Below, piece by piece: positions 39,275-49,253 of a DNA stretch of 62,260 bases. The stretch's first letter is position 1, and every line of letters begins with the position of its first letter. The notes below the pieces were generated by a model. The model ran no database searches. It was given only the letters and a program-made list of their open reading frames with translations, and was not told the origin of the DNA. The DNA comes from Paracoccaceae bacterium (GTDB taxonomy: Bacteria; Pseudomonadota; Alphaproteobacteria; Rhodobacterales; Rhodobacteraceae): positions 1 to 62,260 of the forward strand of contig SLBI01000106.1 of assembly GCA_007126375.1 (NCBI GenBank). Reading direction: 5' to 3'. Made by a program: the position numbers and the translations under genes.

Positions 39275-40038
39275 CCGCCGCCCCCTTCATCCGCATCGAG
39301 AACCTGCGCAAGGTGTTCCGCGTCTCGGGGCGCGAACTGGTGGCGGTGCAGGAGGTCACGCTCGACATCCGTGAGGGCGAACTTGTCTCCATCGTCGGCC
39401 CCTCGGGCTGCGGCAAGTCCACGATCCTGTCGATCCTCGCCGGTTTGCTGCCGGCCGATGGCGGCAGCTTCGAGATCGGCACGCCGGAAAGCCCCTTCAC
39501 CCCCGGCCGCGACATCGGCATGGTGTTCCAGAAGGCGCTGCTGCTGAAATGGCGCACGATCCTCGACAACGTCTTGCTGCCGGCCGAGATCCTCGGCCTG
39601 CCCCGGCGCGAGAGCCGCGAGCGGGCGCGCGACCTGCTGCAGATGGTCGGGCTGGACGGGTTCACCGATGCCTATCCGCAGCAGCTTTCGGGGGGCATGC
39701 AGCAGCGTGCCTCGATCGCGCGGGCGCTGGTGCACGACCCGAAGCTGATCCTGATGGACGAGCCCTTCGGTGCGCTCGACGCGCTGACGCGCGAGAAGAT
39801 GAACCTCGAGCTGCTGCGCATCTGGCGCGAGAGCCGCAAGACCATCCTTTTCGTCACCCACGGCATCCAGGAGGCGGTGTTCCTGGGCAGCCAGGTCGCG
39901 GTGATGACCGCCGGCCCCGCCCGCATGGCCGACCAGTTCCGCATCGAGCTGCCCGAGCCCCGGCACCTCGACGTCAAGACGACCGAAGCCTTCGGCGCCT
40001 ATGCGCGCCGCATCTACGGCCTGCTCGGCCTCGACTGA
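39271..40038 (+). CDS. ABC transporter ATP-binding protein (TauB/SsuB family)
   Basis: GPSGCGKST, LSGGMQQR and DEPFGALD; ATGA overlap. Confidence 0.94.
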   Translation: MTAAPFIRIENLRKVFRVSGRELVAVQEVTLDIREGELVSIVGPSGCGKSTILSILAGLLPADGGSFEIGTPESPFTPGRDIGMVFQKALLLKWRTILDNVLLPAEILGLPRRESRERARDLLQMVGLDGFTDAYPQQLSGGMQQRASIARALVHDPKLILMDEPFGALDALTREKMNLELLRIWRESRKTILFVTHGIQEAVFLGSQVAVMTAGPARMADQFRIELPEPRHLDVKTTEAFGAYARRIYGLLGLD

Positions 40039-40073
40039 GGCCGGTCCGGCCACACCCAGGGAGGAGAGAGACC

Positions 40074-41057
40074 ATGAAGACCGCATCTGCCCTGCTGGCC
40101 GGCGCCGCCGCGCTGGCCCTGGTTCCGGCCACGGCCGGCGCCACAAACCTCAGCCTTCAGCTGAACTGGAACGCCGGCGGCGACCACGCTCCGCTCTACT
40201 ACGCGCTCGCGCAGGGCTGGTATGCCGAGGCCGGCGTCACGCTGGAGATCCGCCAGGGCTCGGGCTCGGGCATGGCGGCACAGGCCGCCGCGCTGGGCCA
40301 GGCCGACGTCGCCATCATCGACACCCCCACTGCGCTGCAGTTCATCGGTCAGGGCTCGCCGATCACCGGCATCTTCGTCGCCTACAACGACTCGCCCTAC
40401 GGCATCTACTGGAAGAAGAGCTCCGGCATCGCCGGCCCGGCCGATCTCGCCGGCCGCAGGCTGGGCGCGCCTGCCTTCGATGCGGCGCGGCAGATGTGGC
40501 TGCCGATCGCCGGTGCGCTGGGCCTCGATCCCGACAGCGTGGAATGGGTCAACATCCAGCCCACCGCCAAGGTCGCCGCGCTGCAGTCGGGCACCATCGA
40601 CGCCACCACGCATTTCTACTCGGTCCATTTCGTTTACGAGGACGTGTTCGGCGACGACCTCGCCTATGTTCTGCTGCGCGACCAGGGGCTGAACCCCTAC
40701 GGCCTGGCCTATTTTGCCAACAATGACGCGATGGAGGCCAAGGCCGAGACGATCGAGGCGATGGTGCAGGTGACCCAGCGCGCCTTCGCCTTCTGCCTCG
40801 AAACCCCCGAACCCTGCGCCGAGGCGCTGTCGCGCGCGGTCAGCATGCGCCCTGCCGATGCCCAGCGCGAACTGGAGTATGCCGGCCGGGTCATGCCGGG
40901 CCTCGACAACGACCTGCCGGTCGGCGCATGGGATTCGGCCCGCATGCGCCAGGCCTACGAAATGGTGGACGCCTCGTTCGACATCACCACCTTCGATCCC
41001 GAGACCGCTTTCACCAACCGCTTCATCGACGAAGGAATTTCCTATCCCGATCGCTGA
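40074..41057 (+). CDS. ABC substrate-binding protein (NMT1/THI5-like)
   Basis: Signal peptide, LQLNW...DHAPLY.A..QGWY and GSGS motifs. Confidence 0.88.
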   Translation: MKTASALLAGAAALALVPATAGATNLSLQLNWNAGGDHAPLYYALAQGWYAEAGVTLEIRQGSGSGMAAQAAALGQADVAIIDTPTALQFIGQGSPITGIFVAYNDSPYGIYWKKSSGIAGPADLAGRRLGAPAFDAARQMWLPIAGALGLDPDSVEWVNIQPTAKVAALQSGTIDATTHFYSVHFVYEDVFGDDLAYVLLRDQGLNPYGLAYFANNDAMEAKAETIEAMVQVTQRAFAFCLETPEPCAEALSRAVSMRPADAQRELEYAGRVMPGLDNDLPVGAWDSARMRQAYEMVDASFDITTFDPETAFTNRFIDEGISYPDR

Positions 41058-41067
41058 GAGACGGCGC

Positions 41068-41106
41068 AGAGCTGGCGGGGGGGCTTCCGCGCGCCCCGCC
41101 AGCTCT
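41068..41106. terminator. Hairpin between convergent genes (probable bidirectional terminator)
   Basis: 13-bp arms AGAGCTGGCGGGG / CCCCGCCAGCTCT. Confidence 0.7.
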
Positions 41107-41707
41107 ATTTGACGGCGCGTATGCCGGCGAGGATCAGCGTCGTCGCGACCTCGGCGTAGTCCTTGCGGCTGATCCGCCCGCCGTCGCGGAACCACATGTA
41201 GACCCAGTTCATCATCCCGAAGAGCGACATCGTCACCGGCATCAGCAGGGGCCGCTCTGGCGTGTCGAGATCGGGATTGATCTCGCGCAGCACGCTGGCG
41301 AAACGCCGAACGATCCGCCGCTCGATTTCCTGGATCGACGCTTTCTGCTCTTCGCTCAACGCGTTCATGGCATTGAACTGGACCTTGTGCTCGTTGTCCG
41401 CGCCCCGGTACTTCTGCAATACGGTCCAGACCAGGTGCCGCAACCGATCCTCGGGCGGAAGATCAGGGCGGTCCGCCTCGGCGATGGCAGTGTCCAGCTC
41501 GGCCAGATGGGTATGGATGATCGCGAAGATCAGCGCGTCCTTGCCGGGATAGTAGTGATAGAGCAGTGCCTTGGATACACTCGCAGCGCGCGCGATCTGC
41601 GCCATGGAAGCCTTCTCCATGCCGGCCTCGGCGAACACCGCCGCAGCTTCATGCAGCAGCGCGCGCTGCTTCTCCTCGAAATCGACCGCCCGCGTGCGTG
41701 CCATCAC
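41105..41707 (-). CDS. paaR: TetR family regulator, PaaR-like
   Basis: MARTRA..., SKALLYHYY.GK HTH and LFGMMNW.YMW; directly downstream of paaK. Confidence 0.8.
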   Translation of the reverse strand: MMARTRAVDFEEKQRALLHEAAAVFAEAGMEKASMAQIARAASVSKALLYHYYPGKDALIFAIIHTHLAELDTAIAEADRPDLPPEDRLRHLVWTVLQKYRGADNEHKVQFNAMNALSEEQKASIQEIERRIVRRFASVLREINPDLDTPERPLLMPVTMSLFGMMNWVYMWFRDGGRISRKDYAEVATTLILAGIRAVK

Positions 41708-41726
41708 CGTTCGTCCCCCGCGCCGT

Positions 41727-43037
41727 TCAGTCCTTCGGCCGGTTGTCCACCACCCGTTTGGCCTTGCCCTCCGAGCGCGCGACGCCGCCCGGCTCGGTCA
41801 CGTCGATCCGGGTGGAGATGCCGATGACGCTCTTTATGTGGTGCGCCAGTTCCTTCGCCGAGGCGGCGCGCATCTCCGGCACGGCCGCCGTGGGTGTGGC
41901 CTCCACATGCACCACCATCCCGTCCATCCGTCCCTCGCGCATGAGCTCGATCTGAAAATGCGGGGCAAGGCCGCGGCATTTCAGGATCTGTTCCTCGATC
42001 TGGGTGGGGAACACGTTCACCCCGCGCAGGATGATCATGTCGTCGGACCGACCGGTCACCTTTTCCATCCGCCGCATGGTCCGCGCCGTGCCGGGCAGCA
42101 GCCGCGTCAGGTCGCGGGTGCGGTAGCGCACCATCGGCAGGCCTTCCTTGGTCAGCGTGGTGAACACCAGCTCGCCCAGCGCGCCGTCGGGCAGGACGCG
42201 GCCGGTTTCGGGGTCGATGATCTCGGGATAGAAATGATCCTCCCAGATGTGCAGCCCGTCCTTCGTCTCGACGCATTCATTGGCCACGCCGGGCCCCATG
42301 ATCTCGCTCAGCCCGTAGATGTCGACAGCATGCATGTCGAAGGCCGCCTCGATCTCGCCCCGCATCGCATTGGTCCAGGGTTCGGCGCCGAAGATGCCCA
42401 CTGCCAGCGAGGTCTCGCGCGGGTCGATGCCCTGCCGGCGGAACTCGTCCAGGATCGACAGCATGTAGGAGGGCGTCACCATGATGATGCGCGGCTTGAA
42501 ATCCGCCATCAGCGTGACCTGCCGCTCGGTCATCCCGCCCGAGATCGGCACCACCGTGCAGCCCAGCCGCTCGGCTCCGTAATGCGCGCCCAGCCCCCCG
42601 GTAAAGAGACCATAGCCATAGGCCACATGCACCAGATCGCCCGCGCGCCCGCCGCTGGCGCGGATCGACCGCGCCATCAGATCGGCCCACATGTCGATGT
42701 CGCGTTTCGTGTAGCCGACCACGGTGGGCTTGCCCGTGGTGCCGGAGGAGCCGTGGATGCGCGCCAGCTTCTCGCGCGGGACGGCGAACATGCCGAAGGG
42801 ATAGGTGTCGCGCAGGTCGGTCTTGGTGGTGAAGGGGAACCGCGCCAGATCGTCCAGCGACCTCAGGTCCGACGGATGCACCCCATGTGCGTCGAACCGC
42901 GCGCGGTAGAAGGCCGAATTCTCGTAGGCATGCGCCAGCGACCAGCGCAGCCGGTCCAGTTGCAGCGCCGCGATCTCGTCGCGCGAGGCGGTCTCGATCG
43001 GTTCGAGATCGCCGGGGCGGGGCGACAGGTCTTCCAT
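41727..43037 (-). CDS. paaK: Phenylacetate-CoA ligase
   Basis: YPFGMFAVP, SSGTTGKPT, YGYGLFTGG, DIYGLSE..GPGVA and RSEGKAKRV. Confidence 0.95.
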   Translation of the reverse strand: MEDLSPRPGDLEPIETASRDEIAALQLDRLRWSLAHAYENSAFYRARFDAHGVHPSDLRSLDDLARFPFTTKTDLRDTYPFGMFAVPREKLARIHGSSGTTGKPTVVGYTKRDIDMWADLMARSIRASGGRAGDLVHVAYGYGLFTGGLGAHYGAERLGCTVVPISGGMTERQVTLMADFKPRIIMVTPSYMLSILDEFRRQGIDPRETSLAVGIFGAEPWTNAMRGEIEAAFDMHAVDIYGLSEIMGPGVANECVETKDGLHIWEDHFYPEIIDPETGRVLPDGALGELVFTTLTKEGLPMVRYRTRDLTRLLPGTARTMRRMEKVTGRSDDMIILRGVNVFPTQIEEQILKCRGLAPHFQIELMREGRMDGMVVHVEATPTAAVPEMRAASAKELAHHIKSVIGISTRIDVTEPGGVARSEGKAKRVVDNRPKD

Positions 43038-43069
43038 TCTCTCCTCCCTCGACTGGCCGGGCTGCGCGG

Positions 43070-43510
43070 TCACTCGGGCACATGCGTGCCGCGGACGCTG
43101 CGCGAATGGCCGCGGAACTCGGCCACATGCAGGCCGTCCTGATTGGTGACACGGATGTCGTAGATGCCCGAACGGCCGCGCCGGTTCACCTCGCGCGCCT
43201 CGGCAGTCAGCCGGTCGCCGATCCGCACCGGCTCCAGGAAGCTGACCGAGGCATGCTGCGCCACCGTCACCTGGTTGTGGCTGTTGCAGGCGAAGGCGAA
43301 GGCGGAATCGGCCAGCAGGAAGATGTAGCCGCCGTGGCAGTTGCCCTGCCCGTTCGACATGTCGCGCCGCACCGTCATCGTCAGCGTGGCGGCGCCCGGA
43401 GCGATGTGGACGATCTCCATCCCCAGCCGCTGCGAGGCCGCGTCGTCGTTCCACATCGCGGCGGCGCTGGCCTCGGCCAGCTCTTGCGGGGTCATGGCGG
43501 CGGCCGTCAT
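43070..43510 (-). CDS. paaI: Hydroxyphenylacetyl-CoA thioesterase
   Basis: NG...CHGG.IF.LADSAFAFACNS hot-dog fold motif. Confidence 0.93.
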   Translation of the reverse strand: MTAAAMTPQELAEASAAAMWNDDAASQRLGMEIVHIAPGAATLTMTVRRDMSNGQGNCHGGYIFLLADSAFAFACNSHNQVTVAQHASVSFLEPVRIGDRLTAEAREVNRRGRSGIYDIRVTNQDGLHVAEFRGHSRSVRGTHVPE

Positions 43511-44295
43511 TGTCCGCGGAACTCCGGCGCGCGCTTCTCCAGAAAGGCGACCACACCCTCGCGGTAATCCGCGCTTGCCCCGGCCTGCCGCTGCAGGTCA
43601 CGCTCCATGTCAAGCTGTGCGTCGAGGTCATGTGTCGCTGCCGCCTGGATAAGCCGCTTGGTCAGGCCGAGGCCCAGTGTCGGCCCGGCCGCCAGCCGCG
43701 CGGCCAGCGCCTCGGCTTCGGCGATCAGCGCATCGTCTTCCACAGCCTTCCAGATCAGCCCCCAGTCGGCCGCGGTCTCGGCGGCCAGCGGCTCGGCCGT
43801 CAGCGCCAGCGCCTTGGCGCGCGCCTCGCCGATCAGCCGCGGCAGCGCCCAGCTTCCGCCCGCATCCGGCACAAGACCGATCTTCGCAAATGCCTCGATG
43901 AACCGGGCGGAACGCGCCGCCAGCACGATGTCGCAGGCGAGCGCGAGGTTCGCCCCGGCGCCCGCCGCCACGCCGTTCACTGCGCAGACAACCGGCTTTT
44001 CCAGTGCCCGGATCAGCCGCAGCGTGGGGTTGTAGAAGCGCTCCAGCGTGACGCCGAGGTCGGGAATGTCGCCGCCCTTGCGCGGGTCGCGGTCGCCCAG
44101 ATCCTGACCGGCGCAGAATCCCCGGCCGGCGCCGGTCAGCAGCACCGCGCGCACCCCCGCCTCGTCGCGTGCCCGCTCCAGCCCGGCGCGCAGTGCCAGA
44201 TGCATCTCCTCGTTGAAGGCGTTCAGCCGGTCGGGTCGGTTCAGCGTCAGCCGCAGCACGCCGCCCTCCTGCGCCACCAGCACGCTTTCCGCCAT
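43507..44295 (-). CDS. paaG: 2-(1,2-epoxy-1,2-dihydrophenyl)acetyl-CoA isomerase
   Basis: GRGFCAGQDL, YNP, AAGAGANLALACD and GLVPDAGG (catalytic Asp). Confidence 0.92.
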   Translation of the reverse strand: MAESVLVAQEGGVLRLTLNRPDRLNAFNEEMHLALRAGLERARDEAGVRAVLLTGAGRGFCAGQDLGDRDPRKGGDIPDLGVTLERFYNPTLRLIRALEKPVVCAVNGVAAGAGANLALACDIVLAARSARFIEAFAKIGLVPDAGGSWALPRLIGEARAKALALTAEPLAAETAADWGLIWKAVEDDALIAEAEALAARLAAGPTLGLGLTKRLIQAAATHDLDAQLDMERDLQRQAGASADYREGVVAFLEKRAPEFRGQ

Positions 44296-44340
44296 CGCCG
44301 CCTCCCCTGCCTCTCACGGATCAAAAAAATCCTTGCATAG

Positions 44341-44355
44341 ACCGACCGGCCGGTC
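44341..44355. promoter_or_regulatory. Putative PaaR operator ACCGACCGGCCGGTC
   Basis: One mismatch from ACCGA-N4-TCGGT; contains perfect palindrome GACCGGCCGGTC; lies in an AT-rich divergent promoter. Confidence 0.65.
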
Positions 44356-44487
44356 AATTATATTTCCGTTCGGGGGGAGACCGGCATGCAGGCGCAAGGG
44401 GCGACAGACTGCCGACACGCGGCTCACGTCGCCGCGGATCGGGCCGGACCCCGCTTTCACCGCTTCATCGTCTGGGGGAGGAGACCC

Positions 44488-45630
44488 ATGAAGACCATGT
44501 TCAAGACAACGGCACTCACGGCCGTGCTCGCGCTCGGCGCCGGTGTCGCCGCGGCAGAGATCCGCATCGGCGCCACCGTGTCCGAGACCGGCGGCGCCTC
44601 GTTCCTCGGCGATCCGGCAGCCAAGACGCTGCGCATGCTGGTCGAGGAGATCAACGCCGCCGGCGGCGTGCTCGGCCAGCCGATCAACCTGATCCTCTAC
44701 GACGATGGCGGCGACCCCAACCGCGCCCGCACCTTCGCCTCGCGGCTGATCGAGGACGACGAGGTGATCGCGGTCGTCGGCGGCTCCACCACCGGCACCT
44801 CGATGGCCATCATCCCGGTGTTCGAGGAGGAGGAGATCCCCTTCATCTCGCTCGCCGGCGGCATCGAGATCGTGCGCCCGACCAAGCCCTTCGCCTTCAA
44901 GACGCCGCATACCGACCGGATGGCCTGCGAGAAGATCTTCGCCGACATCCAGGCCCGCGGCCTGCGCCGCGTCGGCATGATCTCGGGCACCGACGGCTTC
45001 GGCGCCTCGATGCGCGCGCAGTGCCTCGACGTGGTGGGCGACTACGACATCGAGATCGTCGCCGATGAAAGCTACGGCCCCTCCGACGCCGACATGACGC
45101 CGCAGCTGACCAACATCCGCGGCACCGCGGGGCTGGAGGCCGTGGTCAACCCCGGCTTCGGCCAGGGCCCCGCCATCGTCACCCGCAACTACGCCCAGCT
45201 CGGCATCGAGGTGCCGCTCTACCAGTCGCACGGGGTGGCCTCGGACGCCTTCATCCAGCTTGCCGGCGCCGAGAATGCCGAGGGCGTGCGCCTGCCCGGC
45301 ACCGCCCTGCTGATCGCCGGCATCCTGGCCGAGGACGACCCGCAATACGCGGTCGTGCAGGCCTACAAGACCGCCTTTGAGGCCGAGTTCGGCCAGCCGG
45401 TCTCGACCTTCGGCGGCTATGCCCACGACGCGCTGCGCATCCTCGTCGACGCGATCGAGCGGGCCGGCTCCACCGAAGGTGTCGCGATCCGCGACGCGAT
45501 CCGCGCGACCGAGAACTTCGCCGGCACCACCGGCATCGTGACCATGGGCGAGGACGACCACCTCGGCCTCGATCTCGCCGCCTTCCGCATGCTCGAGATC
45601 CGCGACGGCGGCTGGAGCCAGATCGACTGA
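44488..45630 (+). CDS. HAAT (Liv-type) ABC substrate-binding protein, probably for aromatic acids
   Basis: Signal peptide, EEINAAGGVLG and YDDGGDP; divergent from the paa genes. Confidence 0.9.
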   Translation: MKTMFKTTALTAVLALGAGVAAAEIRIGATVSETGGASFLGDPAAKTLRMLVEEINAAGGVLGQPINLILYDDGGDPNRARTFASRLIEDDEVIAVVGGSTTGTSMAIIPVFEEEEIPFISLAGGIEIVRPTKPFAFKTPHTDRMACEKIFADIQARGLRRVGMISGTDGFGASMRAQCLDVVGDYDIEIVADESYGPSDADMTPQLTNIRGTAGLEAVVNPGFGQGPAIVTRNYAQLGIEVPLYQSHGVASDAFIQLAGAENAEGVRLPGTALLIAGILAEDDPQYAVVQAYKTAFEAEFGQPVSTFGGYAHDALRILVDAIERAGSTEGVAIRDAIRATENFAGTTGIVTMGEDDHLGLDLAAFRMLEIRDGGWSQID

Positions 45631-45645
45631 TCGTCCGCCACCGAA

Positions 45646-45673
45646 CCGGGCGCGCCGCCGCCGGCGCGCCCGG
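45646..45673 (+). terminator. 12-bp GC hairpin after the SBP gene
   Basis: CCGGGCGCGCCG-CCGC-CGGCGCGCCCGG; no U tract. Confidence 0.55.
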
Positions 45674-45705
45674 CCTTCAGCCCGCCCACCGTCCGGGAGC
45701 CCGCG

Positions 45706-46578
45706 ATGGCCGATCTTCTGCAGTTCCTCGTCTCCGGCATCACCGTTGGTGCGGTTTATGCGCTCCTTGCGCTGGGCTTCACCATCATCTTCAACGCCTC
45801 GGACGTGGTGAACTTCGCGCAGGGCGAATTCGTCATGCTGGGCGGCATGATCACCGTCTTCGCGCTGGCCGCGGGCCTGCCTCTCGGCCTCGCCGCGCTG
45901 ATCGCCATCGTGCTCACCGCCGGCATAGGCGTGCTGCTGAACAAGCTCGCCATCGAACCCGCGCGGGGCGCGCCGGTGGTCTCGCTCATCATCATCACCA
46001 TCGGCGCCTCGATCTTCATCCAGGGCGTCGCGCAGATCGTCTTCGACAAGCAGATCCACCGTTACCCCGGCATCTCCGGCGATGCGCCGCTGCGCTTTGC
46101 CGGCGCAACGATCCTGCCGCAGTCGCTGTGGGTGATCTTCGGCGCCACGGCGGTATTCGTCGCGCTGTGGCTCTTCTTCACCCGTACGCTGACCGGGCGC
46201 GCGGTGCTCGCGACCGCCAACAACCGGCTTGCGGCGGCGCTGGTGGGCATCAACACCCGTTACATCATGACGCTCAGCTTCGGCCTCTCGGCGGCGATCG
46301 GGGCGCTGGCGGGCCTGCTGATCACGCCGATCACGCTCACCTCCTACGATGTCGGCATTCCGCTTGCGCTCAAGGGCTTCGCCGCGGCGATGCTGGGCGG
46401 GCTCGGCAATCCCTTCGGCGCCCTTGTGGGCGGGCTGCTGCTCGGCGTGCTGGAGGCGCTGACAGCCGGCTACATCAGTTCGCAATACAAGGACGCGGTG
46501 GCCTTCATCGTCATCATCGGGGTGCTCTTCGTCATGCCGCAGGGCCTGTTCGGCCGCAAGTCGACCGAGCGGGTGTGA
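45706..46578 (+). CDS. HAAT ABC permease (LivH-like)
   Basis: GAVYALLALGF, VNFAQGEF and PQGLFG. Confidence 0.92.
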   Translation: MADLLQFLVSGITVGAVYALLALGFTIIFNASDVVNFAQGEFVMLGGMITVFALAAGLPLGLAALIAIVLTAGIGVLLNKLAIEPARGAPVVSLIIITIGASIFIQGVAQIVFDKQIHRYPGISGDAPLRFAGATILPQSLWVIFGATAVFVALWLFFTRTLTGRAVLATANNRLAAALVGINTRYIMTLSFGLSAAIGALAGLLITPITLTSYDVGIPLALKGFAAAMLGGLGNPFGALVGGLLLGVLEALTAGYISSQYKDAVAFIVIIGVLFVMPQGLFGRKSTERV

Positions 46579-46581
46579 CCG

Positions 46582-47538
46582 ATGCGCCTTTCGCCCAAAC
46601 TCGTGTCGCTTTCGGTTCTGGCGCTGCTGGCGCTGGTGGCGCCCATGTTCTTCCCCTCGGGCTTCTACTACCGCATCGGCGCGCTCATCTTCATCAACGG
46701 GCTGGCGGTGACGGGGCTGGTCATCCTGATCGGCTATGCCGGCCAGATCAGCCTCGGCCATGCCGGCTTCGCCGGCATCGGCGCCTATGCCTGTGCGCTG
46801 GCGCCAGTGCATCTCGGCCTGCCGCCGGCGCTGGCCGTGGTGCTGGGCGCAGCACTCTCGGCCGGCCTCGCCTGGGTGGTGGGCCGACCGATCCTCAAGC
46901 TGCAAGGCTATTATCTCGCTGTCGCCACGCTTGGCCTGGGCATACTCATCTCGATGGTGCTGACGAATGAAAGCCAGTGGACCCGCGGCCCCGACGGGAT
47001 AAGCGTGCCCGACCTCGGCCTGCGCGGGGTGCTCGCTGACATGGGCTGGCGGCTCACGGCGGGACAGTTCTGGTACTGGTTCTCGGCGCTGGTTCTCTTC
47101 ATCGGTGCCTGGCTCGCGCTGAACCTGCACGACAGTCCCACCGGCCGGGCGTTGCGGGCGCTGCACGGCTCGGAGGTGGCGGCGCGCACGGTTGGCGTCG
47201 ACGTGGCCCGGCTGAAGCTCAACGCCTTCGTCATCTCGGCGGTCTACGCCTCGGTCTCGGGCTCGCTGCTGGCCATGATGAATCGTTTCGTCACGCCCGA
47301 GATCGCCGGTTTCATGCATTCGGTGGAGATGGTGGTGATGGCTGTTCTCGGGGGGGTGGGCTCGGTGCTGGGCGCGATCTTCGGCGCGGCGATACTGACC
47401 GCGCTGCCGCAGGCACTGACCATGTTCCACGAATACGAGAAACTCCTGCTCGGCGCGGTGATGATCCTGGTGATGATCTTCCTGCGCGAGGGTCTGCTGC
47501 CGAGCATACTGCGCCGCTTTCGGGGGAAAGAGGAATGA
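46582..47538 (+). CDS. HAAT ABC permease (LivM-like)
   Basis: GYAGQISLGHA, YLAVATL and VLGGVGS. Confidence 0.92.
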   Translation: MRLSPKLVSLSVLALLALVAPMFFPSGFYYRIGALIFINGLAVTGLVILIGYAGQISLGHAGFAGIGAYACALAPVHLGLPPALAVVLGAALSAGLAWVVGRPILKLQGYYLAVATLGLGILISMVLTNESQWTRGPDGISVPDLGLRGVLADMGWRLTAGQFWYWFSALVLFIGAWLALNLHDSPTGRALRALHGSEVAARTVGVDVARLKLNAFVISAVYASVSGSLLAMMNRFVTPEIAGFMHSVEMVVMAVLGGVGSVLGAIFGAAILTALPQALTMFHEYEKLLLGAVMILVMIFLREGLLPSILRRFRGKEE

Positions 47539-47723
47539 TCCCGTTGGTTGCAGCCTCCGCATCCGTCGGGCGCCCGCGGCGCGCCGCCGTGCGTCGGGAG
47601 GATGGCGCGCCGGTTGCGCGCGCTGCGCCACCGGTCCCGGCGGCGCCAGCACAGGCCGGCCGTTCGGCCGGTCCGTCTTGCCCCCGCCGGAAGGATGTGC
47701 CGCGCAAGGGAGTGACGCCATGA
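47535..47723 (+). CDS. Possible 62-aa low-complexity ORF bridging the LivM- and LivG-like genes
   Basis: ATGA overlaps at both ends; no recognisable domain. Confidence 0.3.
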   Translation: MIPLVAASASVGRPRRAAVRREDGAPVARAAPPVPAAPAQAGRSAGPSCPRRKDVPRKGVTP

Positions 47724-48520
47724 GCCTCTTGCAGGTCGAGGGAGTCGGCATCGCCTTCGGTGGGATCAAGGCGGTGGACGACGTCAGCTTCGCGGTGAAG
47801 CCCGGCGAGATCGTCTCGGTCATCGGCCCGAACGGAGCCGGCAAGACCACACTTTTCAACATGATCTCGGGCATCTACCTCCCGGGTGCCGGGCGCGTGA
47901 TGCTTGACGGGCAGGATGTGACCGGTCTCGCCCCGCACCGTCTGGCCGAACGTGGCCTGTCGCGAACCTTCCAGAACCTGCAGATCTTCCAGGCGATGAG
48001 CGTTCTCGACAATGCCATGGCCGGACACCACCTGCGCGAGCGGAGCTCCGTCCTGGCCGATCTGCTCGGCCTGCCGGCCTCGCGCCGCCGCACGCGGGCG
48101 ACGCGCGCCAGCGCATTGCAGCTGCTCGAACGGGTGGGTCTGACCCGCGCCGCGTTCCGCGAGGCGAGTGCGCTCAGCTACGGCGCGCTCAAGCGGCTCG
48201 AAATCGCCCGCGCGCTGGCGCTCGAACCCCGCATCCTGCTGCTCGACGAACCCGCCGCCGGCTGCAACGCCGTCGAGACCGAGGAGATCGACCGGCTGAT
48301 CGCCGAGATCGCCGCCGCCGGCACCGCCATCCTGCTCGTCGAGCATGACATGAAACTCGTCATGCGCATTTCCGGCCATATCGTCGTGCTCGATCATGGC
48401 GTGAAGATCGCCGAGGGCGACCCTGCCAAGGTCAGCCGCGATCCCAAGGTGATCGCGGCCTACCTCGGCACCGATGCCGCTGCCGCCAGCCGGGAGGAAG
48501 GTGCCGATGCTGACGGTTGA
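47720..48520 (+). CDS. HAAT ABC ATP-binding protein (LivG-like)
   Basis: GPNGAGKTT, RTFQ, LSYG, DEPAAG and EHDM. Confidence 0.93.
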   Translation: MSLLQVEGVGIAFGGIKAVDDVSFAVKPGEIVSVIGPNGAGKTTLFNMISGIYLPGAGRVMLDGQDVTGLAPHRLAERGLSRTFQNLQIFQAMSVLDNAMAGHHLRERSSVLADLLGLPASRRRTRATRASALQLLERVGLTRAAFREASALSYGALKRLEIARALALEPRILLLDEPAAGCNAVETEEIDRLIAEIAAAGTAILLVEHDMKLVMRISGHIVVLDHGVKIAEGDPAKVSRDPKVIAAYLGTDAAAASREEGADADG

Positions 48521-49208
48521 GGGGCTGCGCTCGCGCTACGGCCGGATCGAGGTGCTGCACGGCATCGACCTGACGGTGGCTTCGGGTGAGATCGTTTCGG
48601 TGGTGGGCGCGAACGGAGCCGGCAAGACGACCCTGCTGCGCTGCCTCTCGGGGGTGCAGCCGGTTTCGACCGGCACGATCACCTTTCGCGGTGACCTGAT
48701 CACCACGGTGCCAGCGCATCGCCGCGCCGCCCGCGGTCTTGCCCAGGTGCCCGAGGCCCGGCAGATCTTCACAAACCTCACGGTCGAGGAGAACCTGCGC
48801 CTCGGCGCCTATCTCTTCGCCGACGAACGGGTCGACAAGGACATGGCCGAGGCCTTCGCCATGTTCCCGATCCTGAAGGAAAAGCGCAACCTCGCTGCCG
48901 GCGGCCTGTCGGGCGGGCAACAGCAGATGCTCGCCATTGCCCGGGCGCTGATGACCCGGCCCTCGTGCCTGCTGCTCGACGAACCCTCCATGGGCCTCGC
49001 TCCAATTCTGGTTGCGCAGATTTTCGAGGTGGTGAAGGGCATGAAAGCGCTCGATGTCACGGTGCTGCTGGTCGAGCAGAATGCCTTCGGTGCCCTGTCG
49101 ATCTCGGACCGCGGCTATGTCATGGAGACCGGGCGGATCACCTTCTCCGGCGCCGCCGCCGAACTCGTCGCCGACCCGCGCATCCGCGAGGCCTATCTCG
49201 GCATCTGA
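48507..49208 (+). CDS. HAAT ABC ATP-binding protein (LivF-like)
   Basis: GANGAGKTT, LSGGQQQML, DEPSMGLAP and VEQN. Confidence 0.93.
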   Translation: MLTVEGLRSRYGRIEVLHGIDLTVASGEIVSVVGANGAGKTTLLRCLSGVQPVSTGTITFRGDLITTVPAHRRAARGLAQVPEARQIFTNLTVEENLRLGAYLFADERVDKDMAEAFAMFPILKEKRNLAAGGLSGGQQQMLAIARALMTRPSCLLLDEPSMGLAPILVAQIFEVVKGMKALDVTVLLVEQNAFGALSISDRGYVMETGRITFSGAAAELVADPRIREAYLGI

Positions 49209-49253
49209 CCGGGCGCCCGCACTGGCCACGGACCCGAATGAGGTAGGCACCCC

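Noticed and set aside
44314-47874. 1186-aa minus-strand ORF and other long antisense ORFs such as 56377..58812 and 60705..61736
   Set aside because: Antisense shadows of well-supported genes, expected in high-GC DNA; no recognisable motifs.
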